Assembly: GCA_019244185.1 (NCBI GenBank)
Contig: JAFATB010000014.1
Span: 1-64,000, forward strand
DNA length: 64,000 nucleotides
Origin: Acidobacteriota bacterium
GTDB lineage: Bacteria > Acidobacteriota > Thermoanaerobaculia > Gp7-AA8
Direction of reading: 5' to 3'
Below the pieces are notes generated by a model, which was given only the letters and a program-made list of their open reading frames with translations, searched no databases and was not told the origin of the DNA. The position numbers and the translations under genes were made by a program. This document shows, piece after piece, positions 29,626 through 42,289 of this stretch; within the stretch, counting starts at the first letter, position 1, and each line of letters starts with the position of its first letter.

Positions 29626-29814
29626 ATTCCTCCTTAAGACGAAAAAAGACAGTCGTTCGCGCCTGCGGGTACGCCGTCAGCGATGGGGGCCTGCTTGAAT
29701 TGTCCGATCAGACGCGGATGAGTAACTATAGGTCCGCGGTAGCAAATGCGGAAGGGGTCAGGGGCGGAAAATTTTTTAGCGCGAACGCCGGAAGTCGGGA
29801 TTGGCGACGAGCCG

Positions 29815-31365
29815 TCATTCCCACTCGATGGTGCTGGGCGGTTTGGACGACACGTCGTAAACCACTCGATTCACGCCACGTACCTCGTTCACGATACGCC
29901 GCGCCATGCGATCGAGCACGTCGTGCGGCATGCGAAACCAGTCCGCCGTCATGAAGTCCGTGGTCGTCACGGCGCGGATGGCGAGGACGTTTTCGTACGT
30001 CCTTTCGTCGCCCATGACGCCCACACTCTTCACCGGTAAGAGTACGGCGAAGGCTTGTGAGATCTCGCGATAGAGGCCGGCCCTGCGAATCTCGTCGATC
30101 ACGATCTCGTCGGCGTTCTGCAGCACCTCGACGCGCTCGGCGTTCACCTCGCCGAGGATGCGCACGGCGAGTCCGGGGCCGGGGAACGGATGGCGCCAGA
30201 CGAATTCCTCTTCGAGACCGAGCTCGATGCCGAGCTGGCGCACTTCATCCTTGAACAACTCGCGCACCGGCTCGATGAGCTTGAGGCCCATCTTCTCCGG
30301 AAGTCCGCCGACGTTGTGATGCGTCTTGATGACGGCCGAGGGTCCTTTGATCGACACCGACTCGATGACGTCGGGATAGAGCGTGCCCTGCACGAGGAAC
30401 TCGACGTTCGGAATCCGCTTCGCTTCTTCCTCGAAGACGGCGATGAACTCGTTGCCGATTCGCTTGCGTTTCACTTCCGGCTCTTCGACGCCGGCGAGCT
30501 TTTCGTAGAAGCGCTGGCGGCCGTCGACGGCGACGATGTGCATGCCGAGGCCTTCGCTGAGACGCGAGACGACCTGCATCGCCTCGTGTTTGCGGAGCAC
30601 GCCGTTGTCGACGAAGATCGCCGTGAGCTGATCGCCGATCGCCTCCGCGACGAGGAGCGCCGCGACGGACGAGTCGACGCCGCCGCTCACCGCGGCGATG
30701 ACGTTGCGGTCGCCGACCTGCTCGCGGATCTCTTCGACCTTGCGCCGCCGGAAGTCGCCGAGATCCCACGACGGCTCGCAGCCCGCGATGCCGAACAGAA
30801 AATTCTCGAGCAGCTGTGATCCCGCCTCACTGTGCGTGACCTCGGGATGAAACTGGATGCCGTAGCACGCGCGCGCGCGATCTTCGAACGCCGCGATCGG
30901 CGCGCTCGGCGAGGACGCGGTGACGGTGAAGCCTGGCGGCGCGGCGAGAATGCGGTCGCCGTGACTGGCCCACACGCGCTGGTGCGCGGGCGTGTTCGCA
31001 AAGAGCGGGGAGTCGTTTGCGTCGACGTCGATCTGCGCGCGGCCGTACTCCCGCTCCGTCGCCGGTTCGACGCGGCCGTCGAGCAGGTACGCGGTGAGCT
31101 GCATGCCGTAGCAGATGCCGAGGAGGGGGATGCCGAGGGAGAAGATCTCGCGCGAACAGTAGGGTGCGGATTCGGCGTAGACCGACTGCGGACCGCCGGA
31201 GAGGATGATCGCTTTCGGCGCGATCGCGCGGATCTTCTCGGGCGCGAGATCGAACGGATGCACGACCGAGTAGACGCGCTTGTCGCGGATGCGGCGGGCG
31301 ATCAGCTGCGTGTATTGGGAGCCGAAGTCGAGGACGAGGACGGTCTGTTCGGGCTGCACGCTCAT
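29815..31365 (-). CDS. guaA: GMP synthase (glutamine-hydrolysing)
   Basis: [54 protein letters not shown]. Confidence 0.99.
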   Translation of the reverse strand: MSVQPEQTVLVLDFGSQYTQLIARRIRDKRVYSVVHPFDLAPEKIRAIAPKAIILSGGPQSVYAESAPYCSREIFSLGIPLLGICYGMQLTAYLLDGRVEPATEREYGRAQIDVDANDSPLFANTPAHQRVWASHGDRILAAPPGFTVTASSPSAPIAAFEDRARACYGIQFHPEVTHSEAGSQLLENFLFGIAGCEPSWDLGDFRRRKVEEIREQVGDRNVIAAVSGGVDSSVAALLVAEAIGDQLTAIFVDNGVLRKHEAMQVVSRLSEGLGMHIVAVDGRQRFYEKLAGVEEPEVKRKRIGNEFIAVFEEEAKRIPNVEFLVQGTLYPDVIESVSIKGPSAVIKTHHNVGGLPEKMGLKLIEPVRELFKDEVRQLGIELGLEEEFVWRHPFPGPGLAVRILGEVNAERVEVLQNADEIVIDEIRRAGLYREISQAFAVLLPVKSVGVMGDERTYENVLAIRAVTTTDFMTADWFRMPHDVLDRMARRIVNEVRGVNRVVYDVSSKPPSTIEWE

Positions 31366-31553
31366 GCGGCGCGGATTGTAAGGCGGGGTGGGCCGCCGGT
31401 GTCAGCCTGTTGCACCGGCGGCCGGAAGGATGGGGAGGTGGGGCTTGTGCATCACGGGGTTTGGTGATGCGGTGAGCACATCTTTCGTCCTTTGTTTGGA
31501 CGATTGGGGCGAAAGGATGTTGCTCACCTTCCGGTGAACAAGCGGCAACCGAA

Positions 31554-31823
31554 TCAGAGCAGGTTGCGCAGTTCCTTCCCCGGCTTGAAGCGGATCGTGT
31601 TGCCGGGAGGGATCTTCACCTCGACGCCGGTCTTGGGGTTGCGTCCGATGCCCTTCTTCCGCTGCTTCACCTGAAACACGCCGAAGCCGCGGAGCTCGAT
31701 GCGCTGCCCGCGGGCGAGCGCGTTCCGCAGTCCTTCGATGACGGTATCAACCGCCTGCGCCGCCTTGATCCGGGAAATTTCCGACGTCTCGGCGACTTTG
31801 TTGACGATGTCCGCCTTGATCAT
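31554..31823 (-). CDS. HU/IHF family DNA-binding protein
   Basis: MIKADIV...IELRGFGVF...GRNPKTG...FKPGKEL; TATAAT (31845-31850, minus strand) and GGAGG upstream. Confidence 0.96.
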   Translation of the reverse strand: MIKADIVNKVAETSEISRIKAAQAVDTVIEGLRNALARGQRIELRGFGVFQVKQRKKGIGRNPKTGVEVKIPPGNTIRFKPGKELRNLL

Positions 31824-31861
31824 GCATTTCCTCCGAAGGCGCTGATTATACGACTCTTACG

Positions 31862-32218
31862 ATGGAACGACATCGCATCGACCTGTGGCTGAAGCTGGTC
31901 TGCCTCTTCAAGCATCGCGCGGACGCGACCGAGGCGTGCAAGGGCGGGCTGGTGAAGATCAACGGCGAGCGCTGCAAGCCGGCCGCGACCGTGAAGGAAG
32001 GCGACGTGGTCGAGTTCTACTCCGGCGACCGCTTCCGCCGCGTCGTCGTGCAGGCGATGCCGGCGGGCAACGTCTCGAAGGAAACCGCGCGGACGATGTA
32101 CCTCGACCAGTCGCCGGAGCAGCCGAAGCTCGATCCGCTGACGAGCATCCTGCGCGAGCGCGGCGCGGGACGTCCGACGAAGCGCGACCGCCGCGAGCTG
32201 GACAAGCTGCGCCGCTGA
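31862..32218 (+). CDS. hslR: S4-domain ribosome-associated heat shock protein Hsp15
   Basis: RIDLWL...FKHRADATEAC..G.VKING...KPA; C-terminal GRPTKRDRR. Confidence 0.9.
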   Translation: MERHRIDLWLKLVCLFKHRADATEACKGGLVKINGERCKPAATVKEGDVVEFYSGDRFRRVVVQAMPAGNVSKETARTMYLDQSPEQPKLDPLTSILRERGAGRPTKRDRRELDKLRR

Positions 32219-32265
32219 AGCGCAGCGCGAGCGAACTTTCTCGCGGCCGCGGCGTCAATCGTTCG

Positions 32266-32979
32266 ATGCCCGGCGCGTTCCGCCTTCGCCGCCGCTCCTT
32301 CGCGCCGCACGCGTCGACGCCGCGGCACGAGCACGACTGCGCGTATTTCTGTCTGATCGCGCGCGGCGACGGACGGCAGCATTCCGGCGGCATCGCGCGG
32401 ACGCGCGCGTGCGGCGAGGTGTTCTTCTATCCCGCCGGCGAGTCGCAGTCGGAGACGTTCGGCGCGGACGGCGGCGCGGTGTTCGCGGTCGATTTCTCCG
32501 CGCGCGTCGACGGCCTGCCCCCGCGCTCGCACGAGGTCGACGGCGCGGCGGCGCTCCTCGTGCGGCGGCTCGCGTTGCTACAGGCGGACGACGTGCTCGA
32601 CGTCGACGAGCTCGCGACGCTCGCCGCGAGCGCGCTCGCACGGATGCGGCGCGACGCGATGCCGTGGCTCGAAGCCGCGCGCGAGTACATCCACGCGCAT
32701 TTCGCGTCGCCGCTGACGCTCGACGAGATCGCGGCGACGGCGAACGTGCATCCGGTGCATCTCTGCCGCACGTTTCCGCGCCGTTTCGGCACGACCATCG
32801 GCAGCTACGTGCGCGCGCTGCGCCTCGACGTTGCCGCGCGGCAGCTCGCGACGACGGCGCGGCCCATCGCGGAGATCGCCCTCGACGCCGGCTTCTCGTC
32901 GCAGGCGCATCTCACGCGGCATTTCACGGCGCAGATGCGCGTGTCGCCCGCGCTGTATCGCGCGTGGGTTGGGCGGTGA
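32266..32979 (+). CDS. AraC-family transcriptional regulator (start uncertain)
   Basis: N-terminal cupin-like HEH motif; C-terminal LTLDEIA..ANVHPVHL.R.F....G and IAEIALDAGFSSQAHLTRHF. Confidence 0.9.
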   Translation: MPGAFRLRRRSFAPHASTPRHEHDCAYFCLIARGDGRQHSGGIARTRACGEVFFYPAGESQSETFGADGGAVFAVDFSARVDGLPPRSHEVDGAAALLVRRLALLQADDVLDVDELATLAASALARMRRDAMPWLEAAREYIHAHFASPLTLDEIAATANVHPVHLCRTFPRRFGTTIGSYVRALRLDVAARQLATTARPIAEIALDAGFSSQAHLTRHFTAQMRVSPALYRAWVGR

Positions 32980-33127
32980 GGTGGGAGGAGGTAGGCGCAG
33001 TTGTGGGGAGTGAGATGAGAGTTGGTTCGCGCCCCCGCACTGGATCGCGCGTGTGCGGATCATCGCCGGACCTGTGCTGATGATGCAGGCAGGAGGGTTT
33101 CGCGCTCGCGGCGATTCGTTGCCGCGA

Positions 33128-33426
33128 CGCACGATGGATATCGACCGACGTCAATCGTAGCCGCGCGATCGCATGAATGCGTGCGGCGAACGCACGATTG
33201 ATATGAGGCGATATCCATCGTGGACTCGGTGGTCGCGTGAATCCGTGCGGCGAGCACGAGATTGACGTGCGTTGATATCAATCGTGGCCGCGCCGATCGC
33301 ATGAACGCGTGCGGCGAACGCACAATTGATATGGGGCGATATCCATCGTGGACTCGGCGGTCGCATGAATGCGTGCAGCGAGCGCACGATTGATATGCGG
33401 GTATATCCATCGTGGTCTCGCGTCGC
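33128..33426. repeat. Tandem array of about 4.7 copies of a 63-64 bp unit, each with a roughly 12-bp inverted repeat
   Basis: Units start at 33128, 33191, 33255, 33319 and 33383; core CACGATTGATAT-N6-ATATC(C/A)ATCGTG. Confidence 0.92.
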
Positions 33427-33660
33427 TGATCCACGTGCACCGCCGCTGCACGCTGTTGCGCGTGCGCTTGTTCACCTCGCGCACTTCGATGCGGTGTACG
33501 CCTGCGAATGCGGAGTTGCAGACCTCGTCGTGCCGCGAGCGGAATCGAGTGGGCGTCGCGGCGTTGTCGGCGAGTGAGAGTTGGCGTGCGCGCTCGCCAC
33601 GATCGCGCGTGGTTAATCCCGTGAAAGACGCGGCGCCTCCTCGCGCGCCATCGTGTGCTC

Positions 33661-35145
33661 ATGAGAAACGCGCTGCTGTTCGTCTGTTGCCTCGCCGCCT
33701 GCACCATGTCCGCCGCGATTCGCTGGGAGCCGTTCGCCCTGCCGCCGGAAGCGCGCGACCTCCACGCCGACCTCGGGCATCTCACCGTTCCTCTCAATCG
33801 CGCGCATCCGGACGCCGGCAGCGCGGAGCTCGCGTTCGTCCGCTTGCGCGCGGGCGACGGCAGCGCGAATCCGCCGATCGTCTATCTCGCCGGCGGCCCG
33901 GGCAACTCCGGCGTCGACGCGGCGCGCAATCCGTACGCGCTGCCGTCGCTCGCGCGGCTCGCACGCGTGGGCGATGTGATCCTGCTCGACCAGCGCGGCA
34001 TCGGCCTGTCGACGCCACACGTCGCGTGCAAGGCGACGCCGCTTCCGCCGCGCGAGCGTTTCATCGCGCTTCCCGCGGCCGTCGCGCGTTACGCCGAGCG
34101 CACGCGCGCGTGCGTCGCGGAGCTCGCGTCGAACGGCATCGACGTCTCCGCGTTCAACGTGCGCGAGAGCGCCGCCGACGTCGACGAGCTGCGTCAGGCG
34201 CTCGGCGTTCCGAAGGTTTCGCTCCTCGCGCACAGCTACGGCACGTACCTCGCGCTCTCGGTGATTCGCGACTACGGCGCGAACATCCATCGCGCGGTGC
34301 TCCTCGGCACAGCCGGCCCGAACGACATGCGCAAGCTGCCGCTGATGCTCGACACGCAGCTCGGCAAGCTCGCCTTGCTCGCCGCCGGGGATCCCGCGGT
34401 CGGCCGCGACGTTCCCGACCTGGCCGCGCTGCTGCGCCGCGTGCTCGACAAGCTCGAGAAGAAGCCGATCGACGTGACCGTCACCGATCGCGCGACGAAA
34501 GAGCTCGTGACGTTTCCCGTCGGCCCTGACACGCTGCGCTCGTTTCTCGTCGCCGACATCGGCGATGGCAACGACTTCCCGTTCTTTCCCGCGCTGCTGC
34601 TGACGATCGAACGCGGCGATCCGTCGATCCTCGAGTGGTTCGCGGAGAAGCGCTACAACCAGCGCGCCGCCGGCGTCGATCTCATGGTCCTCGGCATGCG
34701 CTGCTCCGCCGGCGCCACCGCCGCGCGCGATCGCGAGATCGAGCGCGAGGCGTCGCTGTCGCTGTTCCGCAACGCCGTGAACTTCCCCTTCCCCGACGCT
34801 TGCAATGCGCTCCCATCGATCGACCTCGGCGATGCGTTCCGTGCGCCGATCGTTTCGAACGCATCCGTGCTCTTCATGAGCGGCACGCTCGACAGCAACA
34901 CGCCGCCGTATCAGGCCGAAGCCGTGCGCTGGGGCATGCCGAACGCGACGCATCTCATCGTCGACAACGCGGGACACGAGGACCTCGAGCCGAACGAAGA
35001 CGTGCAGGCAATCATCGCGGACTACCTCGCCGGCAAGGACGTCGCGCAGCGGCGCGTGTCATTGCCGAAGCCGCACTTCCTCAGCGTCGACGACGCGAAG
35101 AAGCAGCGTCGCGCGTCGCGCTTCGGCAACGCCACGTCGCATTGA
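33661..35145 (+). CDS. Secreted alpha/beta hydrolase (TAP-like / S33-type peptidase)
   Basis: Signal peptide; YLAGGPG, LLDQRGIG, AHSYGT nucleophile elbow, GTLDSNTP, NAGH. Confidence 0.9.
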   Translation: MRNALLFVCCLAACTMSAAIRWEPFALPPEARDLHADLGHLTVPLNRAHPDAGSAELAFVRLRAGDGSANPPIVYLAGGPGNSGVDAARNPYALPSLARLARVGDVILLDQRGIGLSTPHVACKATPLPPRERFIALPAAVARYAERTRACVAELASNGIDVSAFNVRESAADVDELRQALGVPKVSLLAHSYGTYLALSVIRDYGANIHRAVLLGTAGPNDMRKLPLMLDTQLGKLALLAAGDPAVGRDVPDLAALLRRVLDKLEKKPIDVTVTDRATKELVTFPVGPDTLRSFLVADIGDGNDFPFFPALLLTIERGDPSILEWFAEKRYNQRAAGVDLMVLGMRCSAGATAARDREIEREASLSLFRNAVNFPFPDACNALPSIDLGDAFRAPIVSNASVLFMSGTLDSNTPPYQAEAVRWGMPNATHLIVDNAGHEDLEPNEDVQAIIADYLAGKDVAQRRVSLPKPHFLSVDDAKKQRRASRFGNATSH

Positions 35146-36249
35146 CTACGGCGCGTTGACGAAGCGGCGCATGTCGACGTTCAGGATCAGGCCGATGGCG
35201 ATGAAGAACATCATCGTCGACGAGCCGCCGTACGAGATGAGCGGCAACGGAATGCCGGTCGTCGGCAGGATGCCGATCTGCATCGACACGTTGATCATCA
35301 CGTGAAAGATGATGAACGAGATCAGCGAGATCACGAGGAAGGTTCCCCCGCGGTCTCTCGCATGTTTTGCGAATGAGAGCGCCTGGACGACTAAAAACAA
35401 ATACAACCCGAGCACGACCACGACTCCGATGAAGCCCCACTCTTCGCCGAGGACGGCGAAGATGAAGTCGGTGTGGCGGGCGGGGAGGAACTCGAGCTTC
35501 GCCTGCGTGCCGTGCTTGAACCCTTTGCCGTGGATGCCGCCGGAGCCGATGGCGATCTTCGCCTGCGTCACCTGATAGCCCGAGCCGAGCGGATCGCGCT
35601 CGGGGTTGAGGAAGATCATGATGCGCTCGCGCTGATACGGCTTGAGGAAGAAGAAGTAGCCGGCCGGAATCGAGATCAGCGCGATGAGGATCATGGCGAT
35701 CCAGACGCGCGCGCGCACGCCGCCGAAGAAGAGCGCGACGGCGAAAAGCGGGAAGAACGTTGCCGCGGTGCCGAAGTCGGGCTGGATGATGATGAGGCCG
35801 ACCGGCAAACCGATGATGCCCATGGCCACGAGGAACGAGCGCGCATCGAGATAGGCGCGGTCGTTCGAGTCGAAGTAGCGCGCCAGCATCAGCGCGGTGA
35901 AGATCTTCATGAACTCCGATGGCTGGAACTGGAAGCCGCCGATGTGAATCCACGACTTCACGTTCGCCGTGACCTTGCCCCACACGAGCAGGTAGACCAG
36001 TAACAGGTTTCCGATGCCGTAGAGGATCGGCGCGACGTCGAACAGCACGTGGTAGTCGACGACCATGAAGGTGATCATCAGCGCGAGGCCGATGGCCATC
36101 CAGAGGATCTGCTTCTTGAAGATGCCCAGCGCGGGATCGCCGTAGTAGGTCGCGCTGTAGACGAGCAGACAGCCGATGCACGCGATGACGATCGCGGTGC
36201 CGAGAAAGTTCAGGTCGACATTCGGTCGGACTCGTTCGCCGAGAATCAT
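35146..36249 (-). CDS. rodA: Rod shape-determining SEDS protein RodA
   Basis: QPSEFMK, QPDFGTA, LPARHTDFIF..LGEEWG, GIPLPLISYGGSS; start ATG 36249 overlaps the mrdA stop. Confidence 0.97.
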   Translation of the reverse strand: MILGERVRPNVDLNFLGTAIVIACIGCLLVYSATYYGDPALGIFKKQILWMAIGLALMITFMVVDYHVLFDVAPILYGIGNLLLVYLLVWGKVTANVKSWIHIGGFQFQPSEFMKIFTALMLARYFDSNDRAYLDARSFLVAMGIIGLPVGLIIIQPDFGTAATFFPLFAVALFFGGVRARVWIAMILIALISIPAGYFFFLKPYQRERIMIFLNPERDPLGSGYQVTQAKIAIGSGGIHGKGFKHGTQAKLEFLPARHTDFIFAVLGEEWGFIGVVVVLGLYLFLVVQALSFAKHARDRGGTFLVISLISFIIFHVMINVSMQIGILPTTGIPLPLISYGGSSTMMFFIAIGLILNVDMRRFVNAP

Positions 36250-38180
36250 CGTGTGGTGGGGAGCGGCAGCTCGCCTTCCTTGATCTGTTCGAGCGTCTGC
36301 GGATTGGAGAGATCGAGGCGCGCGCCGGTGACCTGGTCGCGGAAACGCGCTTCGTAGAGGAGCTTCGCAAGCGGCGCCGCGTCGGTGCCGCCGTGGCCGC
36401 CGTGCTCGATAAACACGACCACGACCATCTGCGGATTGTTCAGCGGCGCGAACGACGCGAACCACGCGTGGTCCTTGTAGCGGAACGGCAGCCCTTCGGT
36501 CTTGACCCAGCCGTGCTGGGCGATGACCTGCACGGTGCCGGTCTTGCCGGAGATATCGAGACCGTCGATGCGCGCGTTGCCGCCGGTGCCGCCTTCTTCG
36601 TTGACGACTTTCCAGAGTCCCTCGCGCACCGACTGCAGCGCGTTCGGCGCGAGCGTCACCTCGTGAATGACGCGGCTCGGCACGCGGAAGCGCTTGTACT
36701 CGCCGTTCGGCTGCACGCGGTCGACGTAACGCACGACGTGCGGCTGGAACACTTTGCCGCCGTTCGCGACGGCCGCGAGCATGTTTGCCACCTGCAGCGG
36801 CGTGACGATGAGCGGCCCCTGGCCGATGGCGACGGAGATCGTCTCGCTGGGATACCACTTGCGGTGCTGCTTGTTGGTCGCCCACGCGGTCGACGGCACG
36901 ATGCCGGGGCGTTCGCCGTCGAGATCGATGTGCGAGATCTCGCCGAAGCTCAGCTTGTGCGCGTATTCGGCGATCTTGTCGACGCCGAGCCGCGCGCCGA
37001 CGTTGTAGAAGTAGATGTCGCACGACACCTTGATCGCGCGGGCGAGATTGACGGTGCCGTGGCCTTCGCGCTTGTAGCAGCGGAAGCGGCGGCCGAAGAA
37101 GACCGCGCTGCCGCCGCAGCCGAACTCGGTGCCCGGTGAGACGACGCCTTCCGAGAGTCCGGCCATGCCCATGACGATCTTGAAGACCGAGCCGGGCGAG
37201 TAGAGACCCTGGATCGCGCGATTGAGCTCGATCTTGAACGGGTTGCTGGTGATCGTCTTCCAGACGTCGGGCGAGAAGCGTTTCGAGTAGACGTTCGGAT
37301 TGAATGCCGGCGAGGAGACCATCGCCAGCACTTCGCCGCTCTTCGGATCGAGCGCGACCGCGGCGCCGACCATCTCGTTTTCGGCGAAGTACTGCTCGGC
37401 GCGCCGCTGCAGCTCGAAGTCGAGCGTGAGATAGATGTTGTCGCCCGGCACCGGCTGCTTGCGCGCGGGGATGTACTCGCTGAGGCGGCGGCCGTCGGCG
37501 TCGTACTCCCAATACTCCGCGCCGCCGCGGCCGCGCAGGTACTGGTCGTACATCAGCTCGACGCCGCGTTTGCCGATGAGGTCACCCTGCGCGAGCTCGT
37601 TGTTCTGCTTGAGCTCTTTCTCGCCGACCTCGCCGATGAAGCCGAGGACGTGGGCGGCCATCGTCGCGTAGGGATAGTTGCGGCGCTGCACCGGCACGAC
37701 GTTGATCTCAGGGAACGCGATCGACTCGGCCTGCAGCGACGCGACCTGCGACATCGTGAGGTCTTCGGCGATCGGGAACGGCCGCGTGAACGGCACTTCC
37801 TTCGCCTCTTTGTCGTAGCGCGCGGTCAGCTCCGGCACGGGCGTGCCGAGGACCGTCGAGAGGAATGCGACCAGCTTCGCCTTGCGCGCGGGATCTGCTT
37901 TCGCGAGCGGCTTCATGACCACGCGGTCGATCTCGAGCGAATACGCCGGCTGGTTGTCCGCGAGGATCTTTCCGTGGCGGTCCATGATCAGCCCGCGTTT
38001 GGCCGGGATCTGGATCTGCCGCATCGCGTTGGCCTCGGAGAGCCCGCGATATTTCTCCGCCTGCACGCCCTGCACGAACCAGAACGAGCCGGCCAGGAAG
38101 ACGAACGCCGCGACGATGCCCCACATCACGGCGTTGATGCGGAACTGCAGGAACTTCTGATCGTCTCGATAGACGCGCAT
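36246..38180 (-). CDS. mrdA: Penicillin-binding protein 2
   Basis: RGLIMDRHG, YSPGSVFK, SCDIYFY, GKTGTVQ, DHAWF. Confidence 0.97.
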   Translation of the reverse strand: MRVYRDDQKFLQFRINAVMWGIVAAFVFLAGSFWFVQGVQAEKYRGLSEANAMRQIQIPAKRGLIMDRHGKILADNQPAYSLEIDRVVMKPLAKADPARKAKLVAFLSTVLGTPVPELTARYDKEAKEVPFTRPFPIAEDLTMSQVASLQAESIAFPEINVVPVQRRNYPYATMAAHVLGFIGEVGEKELKQNNELAQGDLIGKRGVELMYDQYLRGRGGAEYWEYDADGRRLSEYIPARKQPVPGDNIYLTLDFELQRRAEQYFAENEMVGAAVALDPKSGEVLAMVSSPAFNPNVYSKRFSPDVWKTITSNPFKIELNRAIQGLYSPGSVFKIVMGMAGLSEGVVSPGTEFGCGGSAVFFGRRFRCYKREGHGTVNLARAIKVSCDIYFYNVGARLGVDKIAEYAHKLSFGEISHIDLDGERPGIVPSTAWATNKQHRKWYPSETISVAIGQGPLIVTPLQVANMLAAVANGGKVFQPHVVRYVDRVQPNGEYKRFRVPSRVIHEVTLAPNALQSVREGLWKVVNEEGGTGGNARIDGLDISGKTGTVQVIAQHGWVKTEGLPFRYKDHAWFASFAPLNNPQMVVVVFIEHGGHGGTDAAPLAKLLYEARFRDQVTGARLDLSNPQTLEQIKEGELPLPTTR

Positions 38181-38189
38181 GGGATCGGA

Positions 38190-38693
38190 TCACCAGGCCG
38201 CGCGACGCGTGGCGTCGATCGGCTCTTCTCGCAGGAACAAGGTGAGGAGCTGGTACACGAGCATGCCGAACAGCAGCGTGAAGATGGTCTTCACCAGCAG
38301 CCCCTGTTCGAACATCTCGATCTTCTGGCGGACGAGGATGTTCACGAGCAGGTAGATCACCAGCTCGTTGACGATGACGGCACCGCCGAGGCAGGCGCCG
38401 AAGGCCAGCGTGCCGCGAAGCACGAGGCGCGCGTTGATGTAGGCCACGATGTACGCGCAGACGGTGAGCGAGAACGCGTGCAGGCCGAACATCACGTTCG
38501 AGAACGCGTCCTGCACGAAGCCCGCGGCGATGCCGGCGAAGATCGCGCCGACGATGTTGCCGCCCATCGCGTAGTACGTCACGAGGATGATGTACGGATT
38601 GAAGAACGCCAGCGCGTTCGGATAGAAGCGGTCGAGCAGCGAGTGCAGCGTGAGCGCGATGAGCAGCCCGACCGCGAAGCGCAGCGCCCTCAC
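38190..38693 (-). CDS. mreD: Rod shape-determining protein MreD
   Basis: Small polytopic membrane protein (GFVQD...FG) between mreC and mrdA. Confidence 0.85.
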   Translation of the reverse strand: MRALRFAVGLLIALTLHSLLDRFYPNALAFFNPYIILVTYYAMGGNIVGAIFAGIAAGFVQDAFSNVMFGLHAFSLTVCAYIVAYINARLVLRGTLAFGACLGGAVIVNELVIYLLVNILVRQKIEMFEQGLLVKTIFTLLFGMLVYQLLTLFLREEPIDATRRAAW

Positions 38694-39550
38694 GGCGTGT
38701 ACCTCATCACGTTCTCGGAGATTTTGTGCGTGTGGATCACGATCACTTCCTCGATCGTCCCGAAGTCGACGGACGGACGCACGGTGATGGTCTTGAAGAG
38801 CGACTGTCCCGGGTCCGCGCGCACGACCGTGCCGATCGGGATGCCTTTCGGATAGATGCCGTCGATGCCGGCGGTGAGTACGACGTCGCCCGCCTGCACG
38901 TCGGAGAGCGACGGGATGTCGAACATCTGCAGCGCGGAGGTGCCGCTGCCGCGCACGACGCCCTGGCGCCGCGTGCGCTCGATGAGCGAGCCGATCGAGC
39001 AGTTGTTGTCGGTGAGGAGCTGCACCTTGGCGAGGTCGCGCGTCGTGAGCACCACGCGTCCCACGAGGCCGTTCGCGTTGGCGATGACGTCGTTGACTTC
39101 CACGCCGTCCGCCGAGCCGCTGTCGATGATGATCGATTTGAAGCGGCCCGCGGTGTCGAGCATGATCGTCTGCGCCATCGACGTCTGCAGGTTGAACTGC
39201 TCGGAGTAGGCGAGGAGGCTGCGCAGCCGCCGCAGGTCGCCTTCCGACTGGCGCAGCTTGAGGTTCTCGGTCGTGAGCGACGCGACCTTGCGCCTCAGCT
39301 CGAGGTTCTCGTTCACCGCGCGGCGCATGTCGAGATAGCCGTGATACATGTCCTGCGCGACTCCGCCGACACGGCTCACGAGCTTCGGCACGGGCGAGAA
39401 GATGGTCATCACCGTGCGCTCGAACATCGTGCGCGTCTCGCCGACGTAACGCGTCTGCGAGCTCACGCTCATGAGGAAGAAGAGCACGGCCAGGACGATG
39501 ATGAACAGCAGCGTCGGCCGGCGTGGAATGACGTCAGTGGGTACGGCCAT
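38690..39550 (-). CDS. mreC: Rod shape-determining protein MreC
   Basis: TM plus coiled coil, IDSGSADGV, GLVGRV, TAGIDGIYPKGIPIG. Confidence 0.95.
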   Translation of the reverse strand: MAVPTDVIPRRPTLLFIIVLAVLFFLMSVSSQTRYVGETRTMFERTVMTIFSPVPKLVSRVGGVAQDMYHGYLDMRRAVNENLELRRKVASLTTENLKLRQSEGDLRRLRSLLAYSEQFNLQTSMAQTIMLDTAGRFKSIIIDSGSADGVEVNDVIANANGLVGRVVLTTRDLAKVQLLTDNNCSIGSLIERTRRQGVVRGSGTSALQMFDIPSLSDVQAGDVVLTAGIDGIYPKGIPIGTVVRADPGQSLFKTITVRPSVDFGTIEEVIVIHTHKISENVMRYTP

Positions 39551-39623
39551 GATTCGTCGAGCCGGTTCAGCAGAATTCGGGCCAGAGAGACGCGAGGCAT
39601 GGACGAGCCATGCCCCACGCCCT

Positions 39624-42287
<2,664 letters not shown>

Positions 42288-42289
42288 TC

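Noticed and set aside
31410-31440. SRP RNA (CCGGAAGGA resembles the SRP loop)
   Set aside because: The flanking conserved CAGG...AGCAG pairing is absent.
33128-33426. Possible CRISPR array
   Set aside because: The whole 64-bp unit is conserved, only about 6 nt vary freely, there are no unique 30-40 nt spacers, and no cas genes are in the window.
33060-33797. Small ORFs spanning the tandem array
   Set aside because: The 64-bp period shifts frame in every unit, codon usage is atypical and there are no protein motifs.
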